From Vicugna vicugna (lineage: Eukaryota), in assembly GCA_013265495.1 (NCBI GenBank), contig MU061804.1:868001-932000 (forward strand): a stretch of 64,000 bases of DNA, read 5' to 3'. Each line of letters starts with the position of its first letter. Positions within the stretch are counted from its first letter, which is position 1. The translations under genes and the position numbers were made by a program. Shown here one piece after another: positions 26,151-38,300 of this stretch. The notes beneath the pieces were generated by a model, which was given only the letters and a program-made list of their open reading frames with translations, made no database searches and had not been told where the DNA came from.

Positions 26151-28769
26151 ACATAGATCTCTAGCTGTTACATGGCACAGACTCCAAGCCACCCAGCTGA
26201 GACGAAGACACGTGGTCAGAGACTCCAGCGTCTGCCCACAGGGGAGGGGGGCTTGGGGCTGGAGTTCAATCAGACTCATGCTTCAAAGGGACGTGAGAGG
26301 ATCCACAGGCTCCCCAGCTGGTCACTGACAATGTCCAGAATGCAATCCAAGATTACCAGACACAAAGCTACGCTCCCTGCTTAAGAGAACAGGAGGTCAA
26401 AGGAGACAAGGCCTGAGACGACCAGGGGCTGGCATCAGCAGACAGGGTCCGTCACACGCAGCGCTCTGCCGTCCCCGTCTCTGCTGGGAGAGCAACCACT
26501 GCCTGAAAGCTCTGCCCCCTTGCTCGGTAACTCGCTCATCGGCTCTTCCCAGGGCTCCGCATTCGTCCTGATCGCTCACGAGCTTGCCGTCCAGTTGTCT
26601 GGTTACTTGCTTGCCTCCTCCATCTCTCCTGAAGCAGGGGGGGGCCATTTGTGTCAGCGACATCAACGCAGAGCACAGGCTGGAGGACCAGTGTGGGCTG
26701 AATGGACAAAGAGACTGAGAACAACGGTGGACGCTCGCACATCGCTGACTCACGGGCGGCCCCTCACACCACGTTCACGGTCTTGAAACCACGTGGCGCC
26801 TCCTCCTCCTCCTGCTGCGTCTCACGCAGGTCACTTCTGTGCGAGGAGGATGTGGACGCCGAAGCGCAGAGATGTGCTCTCACCCCCACGTCCCTCCGTC
26901 TGAAGCCTGCTCGGTGGGCTTCTCCCTGAGCCCCACTTCCCAAGGTGGGTCTTACTCCTGCTTGATGTCAGTTCCCGACATGCTCACTGACCCCTCCCTC
27001 GGGCTGTAAGCCTCACTGAGTTAACTCCCACTGGGCGCCTCACGATGCCAGGTGGGCACGTGGCCCATTCCACTCCCCCAGCCCATGAGGGAGGCAGGAT
27101 CCAGGTCACCACCACTTCACGGATCATGACACTGAGAAGGCTTTTTTCACAAGGTTAGCAACTGGCAGCCTCCTCTGCCCATCATCCTAGACGAAGAAAG
27201 ACTTCAAGAGAAGCAATCTTTCCTCTCATTCCTGACACGCCTTAGGCGTCTCACTTCGACTTTAAAGAGGTTTGCTGGAGGGAGGCAGCGCGTCCGCCCA
27301 CCGTGGAAATCTGAAATAAACCCCCGAGCCATGAAGAGCCGGTCAGCTGACCGACCCCACCTGCACACAGGCTGCTGCCCATCCGCTTCGGGTTTCTCTC
27401 ACCTTCCAAAGGGGCGTGAGTGGAGGCGGCGCTCTGCTCCCGTCAGGGCCGCCGAGAGGGGACGAGCTGGAGCAATATGGGCAGACACGGCCCCAGAGCC
27501 CATCATCCCAGCCGTACGGAATGTCTGCTGGGCCTAATGGGATCGGGACCACGGTCTGAGGGCGGAAGGAGCACAGCTCCCCGGAGATGATCGGCCTCTG
27601 CGGCCTCGCTGGAGTGCTAATGGAATTAACGGGCAGAAGACACTTTGAAGTCGGCCCTCACGAGCCACATGTCCTCTGCAGGGCGCACTGAGTCCAAGAT
27701 TCCTCCTTGCTCGTTGAGCAGTTACTGACGCTTGGCGTTCTGGTTCTCCTGTGTGTTCTGGAATTCTTTCCGACTCTGAGAGCCAATGCTGAAACGGAGT
27801 TAAACATGAACTGTCGAGATGCGTCTAGATGGGGGTTCTGGAAGCCCAAGTCTAGCTCACGAACCAGCGATGACAAGGCAGCACGTGGCCCAGCTCCTCC
27901 CTCTGCCCCCACGAGTCCCCGTGTGCTGGGAACCGTCCAGACACCCGTGCTCCGGGCACACACACCCACCAGGACTTAAAGGCAACACTCAACATGGGTT
28001 ATTCCACTTAAACAGAAAAAGATCCTCCGACAGCACCTCCTCACTCATGCTCCCGGAAGCCAGGCTGCACGCACCGGGGGCCGAGTCTGCGCTGGTAAGA
28101 CTGAGACAAGCGGGCTTGTGCGTGCCTTTCCCAGAATCTCAGGGCAGAACGTCAGAAAGTTTTATTTGCATCCCAGCCTGTTTTTCAGTGCCAACTGCTT
28201 GGATCACCGAGCCTCCCTCCAACTTCATACCTGAGAAGGTTCAGTTACTTAAACCCAGAGGAGCCGTGGGAAAAGAACACACGCCTGTGGGTCTGTCGCG
28301 TCTGGCAGCTCAGAGACGAACTGGAGTCTCCCCTTGGAAAATCGCTCAAGAATGAAGTGTCTCATGCGAGCAGTTTCCTACCATTGAACTTACTCCACTT
28401 TCCACAGTGTGGTTTGAAAGTAAAGATTCCCACTTGATTTATCTGCGCTGGCAGCAAGCAAGAGGAGTCTCTGAATCACTCACCAGAAACCTGAGACTCC
28501 AGGAGGCAACCCGTGTCTGCGTGAGTCTCTCCGGTCCCACAAACGACGGGGCTCCGTTAAAGCGCCGCCGTGCGTAATCAGTGCCGCTGGTGCTCTTCGC
28601 AGGCTGCAGTGATCCCTCTCAAATCACCACACTGCTTATTAAAACGATTAAGACGCGTCTTGAAACACAACCGGCAGTTTACCGGTCAGAAAGCGCTCAC
28701 CCAAGGATGAGGAGACACACCCTTTGCTTCCCAGTTACCGTGCGCGTCGCCCCGGCCATGTTCACTGCG

Positions 28770-28950
28770 CACGAACACTGCGAGGGCCACACCTGCCTCG
28801 TTTCACGGGCGCGCCGACCTCCTTGGGAAGCTGGCATTACCGGCTCTAGTTCTGATGAGAAAAGTGGTGTTTAACGAGGTCACCTGCTCAAGGTCACACA
28901 TCAGGTACGTGGCGCAACTAGGACTCCAGCCCAGGCGGGTCTAACCCCAC
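28770..28950 (-). mobile_element. MIR SINE
   Basis: tctgatgagaaaagtggtgtttaacgaggtcacctgctcaaggtcacacatcaggtacgtggc. Confidence 0.7.
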
Positions 28951-30968
28951 ATGTCTCCGCAACATTCCCTGTTGTCCCCGGGGCTTCGCTCTGAGATGGG
29001 ACGTGCTTGTCTTTATGTCACACACGGCCAGGTCACAGGTGCCGGGGTCAGCCGAAGGCACTCAGCAGACTGCACCACGGGGCGTGCCTGCGGCCACAGC
29101 AAGGAGACTCTCTGGACGAACTGATCATTCGTCCGAGAACTGTACGTTTGTCACAGGTCTTGGGGACCACCAGCGCAACCCCCGCGTCTACGGGGAAGGA
29201 TGGGACCCAGGGTGGAGGGTTTGTCCCCGGATCTCCACTTCTCGGATAAACCTCCGTCACGTCTCATCAGAAAGACTGGCCAGCACGCACTCGCGCCCCC
29301 ACGTCCAGGCATGCGGAGGCAGAGGGGCGACAGGCAGACCCCGTGTCTGGCGCCAGAGGATGCAGTCAGGGCGACTGAGCACGAAGCCATCCAAAAACCA
29401 CAGGGGTATTTCATGAGGCACCGACGTGACTGACGGACGGCAGGGCCACGTGCCTCCTGGGGTGGAGACAGGGGTGGGCAGCAGGGTCTTGCAGGGACTG
29501 GCAAAGGGAAGACGATGGACCTCCGGCGCTGGACGGAGGGAGGAACCGAGTGGCCTGGGCGAACAGACAAACCTGAGGGAGGACGTGCCCCTGGCGTCTG
29601 CTGGGCCCAGAGACAGGAACGTTTCACTCCAGCCGGTTCCGGGCCCAGAGCCTGAGGGGCCCGCCTGGCAGGCAGGGGGCCCCAGGGATGTTTTCCATCA
29701 GCCATACTTAGCCCTGCTTTGTACCAGGGCCATGACCCCGACAAGCCGTCATCGTCACTGGAATGCCGTCCAAGTCAAGGGAAACGCAGGGAGACGCCAG
29801 AGCTGTTGCGACATCGGTCCAAAGTCGGGGTGGGGCGGCCTGACTCAGCGGGGAAACTCACTCACCAGCCTCTCCTGGCACCTGGGCCAGACTCAGCCGA
29901 TTCTGACCCCTTTTCCTGTGAACCTTCTCCAAAGCCGAAAGCCACTTTTCTGCCCCCTTGGGAGACAGAAGAGGCTGCACAGGACACCCCACACAGAGGC
30001 GTCGCGGATTCCGGACGGCGCCCAATGTGGCTGTGCAGACCCGCCCGCCCGGCCGTGGCCCCCCCGCATCAGGCTGCTCGCCTCCAGTGGGGACACTCGG
30101 ACCACCGCTGGCTACGGTGCTTCTGAGGCTCAGGTGCCACACGAGGAGATTCTCTGCAAAGTTTAAAGCACCGCAGACGTCAGAGGTCAGACTTCTAAAA
30201 GGGAGACACGTCCACGGGTCTTCCAGACACGTGGGCAAGCGAGGGATGGAAGTTTTCCTGGTTTTAAGGGAGACGCTCGAGGAGGCCGAGCTTCGTGCTG
30301 GTTCTCAGGACAGCTGCCTGCAGACGCACCCGGACAGGGACGCTCCATCTGGCACGGACACCAGCTCGGGGCCCGGCCGGCCCTGCTGAGCACAACGCCC
30401 CCTCACCCCCCGAGGCCCCGCACGCGGCCCGCAGTGAGCCGGCCTCCAGCCTCGTCTCTCCCGCTGGTCCCCTCCGTCCCTCCTCTGCTCACTGCAGGGC
30501 ACTTCCGCCCCTCTTCCCACCCCTTCCCTGGGCTCCCGACAGGACGGGCAGCTGTGCTCAGGGACAGTCAACGGGCAAGGCTAACGGACCGCAAAGCAGG
30601 CTCTCTGCTTCCAGTTTCCGTTTTGTGAGGACTCCCCCTCCAACGGCGAACTCTCCTTGTCCATTTCCGCCAACTTTCTCTCGTGCTCCCAGCGTCTCGG
30701 CGGAGGGCACGTGAGCACCCTCGTCTCGGCCGCACAGACGGGCTCTCAGTCTGCTCCTCAGAGCCAGCTGGTCTGGGCTCAGCGGGAGGAAACAAGGGGT
30801 CCCGGTGGGAAGGGGCTTATCCGGGCTTGCCGGGCTGTGAAGAAAGAGGTCACCCTCTCGCCTGGGTCTCAGTCTGGAAGTAAGGTCCCCTCCGTGAGAG
30901 TCCAGAACGGGAAAGGTGGCTGGGAAGGCTGGCAACTCACAGCAAACCTGCAGGAAGCCATCAGCGGC

Positions 30969-31010
30969 CCCATTGCACAGATGAGAAACTGAGGCTTACT
31001 GGTAAATGCA
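30969..31010 (-). mobile_element. MIR core fragment
   Basis: ccccattgcacagatgagaaactgaggc. Confidence 0.7.
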
Positions 31011-32535
31011 CGAGGTCAGTGACCTCACAGTCCAGCTGGAGACACAAAATCCGGCCATGCTGATGCGAACAGAGCGCCCCATGGCCCCAGAGTCTGAGTG
31101 TGTCTGCCCAGCACCTGCCTCCGACAGCCACTCCTTCAAAACAAAACAAAGCAAAAACAAAAGTCCCCAAGCAATTTCCACCCCCTGAGTCACCAACCAG
31201 GAAACCGACCGGCAAGGCTGCCCACGGTCTCAAGGGGAATGTCCGCAGCTGTGCTCAGAGGCCAGAACGGCCGGGGGCCCAAGCGTGGCCTGCGTTTGTC
31301 CACAGCATCTTCGCCCCTCCACACACGTGTCCAGCCCCACCCCGCGCCTGCTGGGCCCAGAAAGTGCCAGGACGGGGACGAGGCGGGAAGTGGGCCACCA
31401 GCTCCCTCATTTTTCACGTCGTGGGGCTCCCAGCCTCTCTGGCCCCGCTCGTCTCCTTGGAGCTTTTATCTCTGCTGCGCAGGGCCGCGTGATGGGGTCT
31501 GGATGGCGGGGAGGGTGACCCTCGGGCCCCTCAGCCCGCAACGCGGCCGATCAGCAGTGCCTTCACCTCCCCGGGCCCCTCCTCGGCCCTCAGCCCCAAA
31601 CCCAGGAGGTGGGGATGTGTAGTGGCCCCAGCTCCTCTCTCCCAAAGACCCTTTCACACCCCACCAGCCAGCGACGCCCGGGCCAAGGTTCTGCTGACCA
31701 CACACACCATGCTGACAATGGACTTCCTGCCCGTCCCTAACTCAGGGGACCACTAGCCAGGGCACCTGGTCAGCTGGAACAGCCGGGCTGCGGTGCCAAG
31801 TGTGCACGCCCTGTCCACTGAGAGCACAGAGCCCTGACTCATCTGTGACTCTTCAGAGTCTGGTCGCAAATAAGTGGGCAGTTTCCATTATGGGTTTGAA
31901 ATATTAAAAAGTGCTGTGGCCATTACGACGCCTTTATGAGACATTAGACCCTGGAGACGCCAGGCCGGGAATGACCACGAGCGTGGCTCACAGCATCCTC
32001 CCTCCTAGAGACCTTCGTGCACTCCCGAAATTCCAGATATCCATTAAGACTCAAAGAACTGAGTCTCAGATAATTAGATGTCAGGTAGCAGACGTGTATG
32101 TCCTGGGGGGGTCACGGGGGCTGCAGCTGCCCGCCCTCGTGGCCCTGCTGTGCCTGAGCTGCGGGGTGAGCTGGGGAGGTGGGCAGGTCGGGTTCGATCC
32201 ACCTGGAGGAGGAGAGGCCGGAGGGCTCACGCCAGAGCCGCCGTGTTCGTCAGAGCCGAGGGCCCCCGATGCGCCAGGCACTGTGCACAGAGGATGACCC
32301 AGCCTGGGCCCAGCCAGCGACCTGCTTCTTCCCTTCAGGAGAAAAAGCAAAACGCATCGCCCCTGACAACGCGCCATTCGAGCGCATGAAGGACGCACGC
32401 CTGGCCCTCCCGACACAGCGTCAGAGCAACAGCCACACCCCCAGAAACGGGACAGAGGGGACGGGACAGGCCACCAGCAAGAAGGCCCAGACAGGAGCAA
32501 CGCAGAGGACAAGCTCTGAAAAGAGAAACTGCCCC

Positions 32536-32590
32536 GTGCCCGGCACGTGGCAGAGGCTCGGGACGAGGCACGTTGAATAAGCAAGTGAAC
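32536..32590 (+). mobile_element. L2 3' terminus
   Basis: gtgcccggcacgtggcagaggctcgggacgaggcacgttgaataagcaagtgaa. Confidence 0.5.
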
Positions 32591-35169
32591 ACAGGACTCT
32601 GGTCCTACGGGAAGTGATTCTGAAGGACGAGGCCCCTCTCAGCAACGAGCTGTGACCTTCGTCCAGCTTTCATTTTTATCTGCTTACGTCCACTCACCGT
32701 AGCGTCAAACGGCTCTCAAAGGCTCACTGCAAAACAAACGAACGAAACACAAACAAATCCGCAGTTCTCGTCCTGACCGCCCCACCTCCTCCCCCAGCAA
32801 GCACCGCGCCAGCTCCTCAGCTGCTTCTTTGAGTCACTAATCCTATGCTTTCAGGCCTTAGACTTACGGAGCTTCCTGCCAAGCTGCAGGCTCCCGCCAC
32901 GGGCAGCGAGGGCGGGCCTCTGCGACGCGCCCCCGGCCCCCTCCTCAGGACCTGCCCCTTGTTCTGCATCGTGGTGACCACAAAGGCCCCTCACAGGGCT
33001 CTCTGCCTGTCTCCTGTGCTGGGGCCGGCGTTCCCCGAACCCCGTTTCCCTTGGCCTCCCCCGCCCCGGGATGGAGAGCTCCCCTTGGTGCTTCTCCGCG
33101 TGGAGCTCATTTGGTTCTGGGTCTGGGTCTGGGGTTCCCTTCATTGTGTCTGTGGTTGCTCCTGTTGAGCCCTCACTCATCTGACAACATCTGTTCCACT
33201 CGGTGCCCGAGGGGCAGTCTGGTTGGGTATAAAATCCCCAGCTGGCGACCGCGTCCCTCCAGAATCTCGAGGGCGCTGCGCCGCTAGCTCTAGCCTCCCG
33301 GGTTGGAGCATCAGGAGCCAGGCCGATCCCTGATCCTTTGTGATGAACTGTAGTAACGCCACGCCACGCAGGGAAAACTCTCCAGAACGTGCAAGAGTGC
33401 CGATGGTCCCGCTTCTCTGACGCTTTCACACGCGGTGCTGTCTGGTGTGGGCCCTTCAGCCTGCAAACGAATGCCCTGTAGTTGCAGGAAAGACCCTGGA
33501 GTGTCCCCCTGATGGTCCCCCCCCAGCGTCGCCTCCTCCTGGGACGCCCGGCGTTCAGACGCGCCACGTCTCGGCGTGGTGGTCTCACTGTCTTATTTTT
33601 CTCCTAATTTCCAGCTCTGGTATTTTTTTTTCGCCCTACTTTCCTGGAGATTCATTAATTTGGTTTTCCAATGACTCACAGCCCTCAGCTACAACACTTT
33701 TAATTTCTAAGAGTCCCTTTTCGTTTCTTCAGTGCTCCTTCTGCATAGAAATCAGTTGCTGTTTCAGGCAAGTAGCATCTCTCATCTCTCCGAAGACAGA
33801 AGAGAATGTTGGTGGTGGCGCTTTGGGGTTTTTTTAAGGTTTCTTCTTTCACTTTCTGTTTTAAATATGCGTCCTTTGCTTGTTTGCCTTGCTTTCTATT
33901 TTCATCCTAAGGGACTTCCTCAAATATTTAGGTGTCCTTAATTGACTGACCATATATAAGAGTGAGACACAGAGGACTGATGGGTGGCGAGTGGGGCTTG
34001 CCAGCCAGACTCGGCCAGAGAGGCCGCAGCTGAACCGTCCGCAGGGCCTAGGCCTTTCTCCAGGCTAGACCGGGCTCCGCCAGCCTGAAGGCCGCCGGGA
34101 GGAGGCTCGCATCTCCTGCCTGTGCGAGCCCAGCGAGGGCACAGCCGGGAAGTCCCAGCCCGCACTCCCCACCGGCAGCCTGCCCTCGGGGGTCCCAGCC
34201 ACGCCCAACCCGGGCTCCTCCCGGTCTGTGGGAGAGCGCAACCCTCCGGCCTCCTGCTGAAGCGGGGGGAGTGCTGGCTGCTGGCACGGGGGCGGGCAGC
34301 AGGGAGCAAAGTAGAGCAAAGTACTTCTTAACCAGACTTGGAAGCAGTTCACCACTTTTCAGCGCCATTTTCGCCGCCACTTCCGAAGTTCTCTGACCAC
34401 TAGTTCCAAGCCTTTGGGGAGTCGTGAGCCGCACATTCTCTCGTCTCATGTTCCTCGTCGCAGCTCAGGAGCCCACTGTCTCACACGGGTAAGGCCGGCT
34501 CCTGCCTGTCCGTCTCTGCAGCCTGCAAAGCTACCGGTGTCCCTCTGCCTGCTGCCGCTGGGACCACGGAGGCAGGGCCGCTCTGGCAAACTCTGGATGC
34601 AGCTCAACCTTGACCCAGCACCACGGTCAAGGAGGGCGTGGCTTCTGGGGTGAAGTGGGCATCAACGCTGCCTTAGAAGAGGTGCGTGCCCTCTGCCCCC
34701 AGAGCCTGGCCGGAGCAGGGCGCGCGCGTCCACGTCCACTGTGCCGAGTCTCTGTGGGAACCCTGGGGGAGGCACTGGGCACTGGTCACCTGACCAACCT
34801 CCGGGACGCTGGTCCGGGCAGACCCCGCAGGACACGCAGGCCTCTACCAAAGCCCCGGAGAAGCGCAGCCCCGTCAAGCGGTCGGCTGCAGCTGCGTGGT
34901 CGTCAAGGGCCAAGGCGAACTCCCAGGCCCAACGGGGCCTCCGAGGCAACTTCAAACACACGAAATGAACAGAGAAACGCGGCCCTCAGACACACGCACG
35001 CACGGACGCACACGTGTGGCTCCTGCTGTCTTCTTTTCCACTCGTTTTATCTCTGTGGCTGATGCGTTTTTTAAAAGATCACTTTACCATAATTTTCGCG
35101 TGGTTTTGGAAGAGAGCATTCAGTCGGAACTTCTAAACTACCGTGGGCTTTTCTTCCTCATTACCATAC

Positions 35170-35330
35170 TTCATTCTATTTTTATAAAATATAACATCTA
35201 TTTGGAACAGTGAATAAAACACATTTTACAGATTAATGAATAATTGTGAAGCAAACGCTCATGTAACTAGCGTCCTGATCAAGAGACACACCCCTGCCGG
35301 CACCCAGCTGCCTCCCGGTGTCCCCGCCCC
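35170..35330 (-). mobile_element. Ancient L1M (L1MC/ME-like) 3' fragment
   Basis: ttaatgaataattgtgaagcaaacgctcatgtaactagcgtcctgatcaagagacacacccctgccggcaccc resembles the recalled L1M end ...catgtaaccaccacccagatcaagaaatagaacattaccagcaccc. Confidence 0.6.
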
Positions 35331-38300
35331 CGCCACGACCCCACCCGCCCCCACCAGCACCACTTCCCCACCTTCCCTGACGGCGCCCCCGTGTGCGAAC
35401 GCGCCGCCGTAAAGGGCGGTCTGGCTCTGCCAGGGCTTAGCGTCCCGCGAACAGGACGCACTGCACCCCTGCTCGACGAGACAAGAACCCCGTCTCGTCG
35501 GATGCAGCCTCGGCCCTGCATCTTTACCCCTCCACGAAAAGCTCTCTGCAACGTTACTGATAAACACGAGACTGTCAGGGCTGATGGAGGGGCTGCGAGG
35601 GAAGAGAAGTCCAGTGATCTGCTGGAAGTTTAAGAGGGAAAGTCCTCAGGTGCACAGGTATTTCTCTCGGAAGCCTGAACCATAATCAGACCTTTCCCAG
35701 TGGGTGGAAAGCGCCTCGAGACGGCTTGGCGGGGCGTCCAGCTCATCCTCCCAGTGCAGGGCGGGTCAGCGCTCATCCCAGGGCCCATTTTCCATCAGGA
35801 GACGCTCGGACCAGAACCGGTGATGCCCCCGAGAGGCGGCGGTGTCTGCTCACAACCCAGCACGTTCTCCCGGGCAGCCAAGGCCCCGGGAGCCACGAGT
35901 CCTCCTCTGGGACTCTCATTACGAGGAAATGGACTGAGGGCAGACGCACCTCAGCAGACAGGCCAGCCATCCCAGGCAGTTCCATGGAGGCCGAGGAATG
36001 GGGAGAAGACGGCCTTTAAGCCCCACTTGGTAGAGCCCCCGAGGGGCCCTCAGGGAGCCCGTGGGGCAGTCTTCCTTCTCGGGAAGGGAACTGAAGGCCA
36101 AGGGAGGGAGGTGATTCGTCTAAGTCACGAGGCTCGTTGGCCTTTGTGCCCTCCGTCTGCGGGGGCAGGCGCGCCACGTGACCGCCCAGATCCTGGAGAC
36201 GCAGACGCTGACCCCTGTGGTCCACACGGGCACCAGCCCCCCGCCCAGGGGACAGCCACCACGGCACATGGCTTCCTGCTCCGTGTTCTCCACACAGAAC
36301 CGGGCCATTCACACACCAGGGTGTGACTGTGTGCGAGTGTGTGTGTGTCTCTGCGCGGGCATGGTCATGACTGGAGCAGACACCCCCTCCATCCACGGCA
36401 GCAGCGTCTCCCCCCATGGCCTGGGGCTCACCAGGTAGGAAGACCCCGCCTCTCCTCACAACCTGTAAACAGGGGCGGCACCTGCTCCCGAGCAGGCAAG
36501 ACGGGTCCTTGGAGAGCGCAGAGCTGCTCGGGAAGCAGCCTGGGCACCCCCCCCCGGCTCGAGGCCCTTGTCACCTGGACCCCAAGTGGCCACAAGCACC
36601 ACACGCACTATCCTGTCTCCTTGGTGGCCAGGGTGACACGGGGAGCCATGAGGGAACAGCACAGAGGAAGCCGGACTCCCGAGGGGACACCCTGGGCCTA
36701 GGCGGGGAGGGAGGAGGAGACGGTGTGAACCGCGGGGGGCCCTCGGTGACCCTGCCCCGGGCCCCGTCCTTGGCAGAGCCGTAACTGGAAACCCAAACCC
36801 ACGCTCCCGGCTGGGAACCCGGCGTCCTCCCTCGGCCTTCCTCCCTCTAACACCCCACTGCCCCGACTGGGCGAGGGGCCACCAGGACGCTGGACGCAGC
36901 AGCCACCACGGCCACCTGGCCTGCGGAGGGGCAGCCTGCTTCACCCGAGGCACGTCCGTCCGGCACCCCCTTCTCCCATCGCCCGCCCCGTCTCCGGCCG
37001 GAATCCCGGGCCTCGGAGCTGCCCTTCCTGCGAACCCACCTCGCTGCCTGCCGGCCGCCGGCCACCGGTCACACAGCTGGGGTGGGAGCAGGGTCTCCAG
37101 GCCGTTGTTTGCTAAGTGGGGCTGTCCCTGGGGCAGGTGGCTAAGCCCCCGGGGGCAGGAAGAGCCCAAGACTCCGAGTGGGGAGCCCGGGGACCCTCCG
37201 GGGGGCGGCTGCAGGCCTTGCGCAGAACCTCCCGGTCGGAGAGGGGCCTCGGGGGCGTCCCGGGAGCAGGCAGTGCCTTCCTTCCTCCGTGAGTTTAGAA
37301 GGACTGCGGCCAGCGTCTGGGGAGGCAGGGGCACGTGGGAGCGAGAGGACCTGGAGGCGCGGGAGACCTGGTGGCGGGGCCTGGAGGGCCCGGGCCAGTC
37401 AGCTTTTCGGAGGGTTAACACTTCCCGTTCTGCCAAGTACATTCAGCCGTCTACGCAGGACCCGGGCTCGAGTGCCTGCTCCCGGGAAGGCAGACCCCGG
37501 CCCTTCCTCCCCGTGGAAGCCCAGAGCACTGCTGTCGACAAAGCAGGTGAGTTCGGGGGACCCAGTGAGATCGGTGACTGTCACTCGCCCGCTGCACGGC
37601 TGTCAAAGGCAGACCAACAGTGAACGCAGCGTGAAAGCCAGGCCAACACGAGGAAGCACGCAGGACGCCACGGCGCCGGCCGCCTCAGGCCCTGGGCGCC
37701 GCCGGGGTAACGTAGCACCGTGTGTCCCGTGTCACCTGAGAGGCACTGCTAAGAGATCAGGAAGACAGGAGGGTGGAGAGGCCCCCCGCCGAGAAGCAGG
37801 GACGCAGAAGGAAACTGAAAGCTCCAACTCGCCAGTGAAATTCTGAGTCTGTGCCGCTGTGTTTAAAAACACCACCTTAAATCGTCACTCACTGCACGCC
37901 AGCCACGCACGGTTCCCCCAGACACCCTCTGCGTCAGGGCTCACGGACGTGACAGAATCAGCCCCACCTGTTTTAAGCCACCCAGCTTTCTAGAAGGGGG
38001 ACCGCGTGGCCGTCATCAGGCCGCTTTGTGGCCCGGAAGCCCCACGTGGATGTCACCACGTGGACGGCCATCACCACGTGGGCGGGCTCCCCTCCGCTCT
38101 GGAGAGCACTCATCTTCCGCTCCGTCTTCGCTCTGCGAGGTACCCGGGGGGAGGGGGACGTGCATTCCGTGTGTCCTGTTGTCGGTCAGTCGGGGGCACA
38201 TCTTCCAAGCAATGGCTCCCCTGGAGACCAAGGCCAGGATCCCGTCCTCTCTGCCTCTTTACTGTCACGTTCCAGCCAGACCCTGACTCGCGTCCACCCT

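Noticed and set aside
33228-33234. TATAAAA box on the plus strand (possible antisense promoter)
   Set aside because: Isolated motif with no supporting initiator or downstream exon structure identified.
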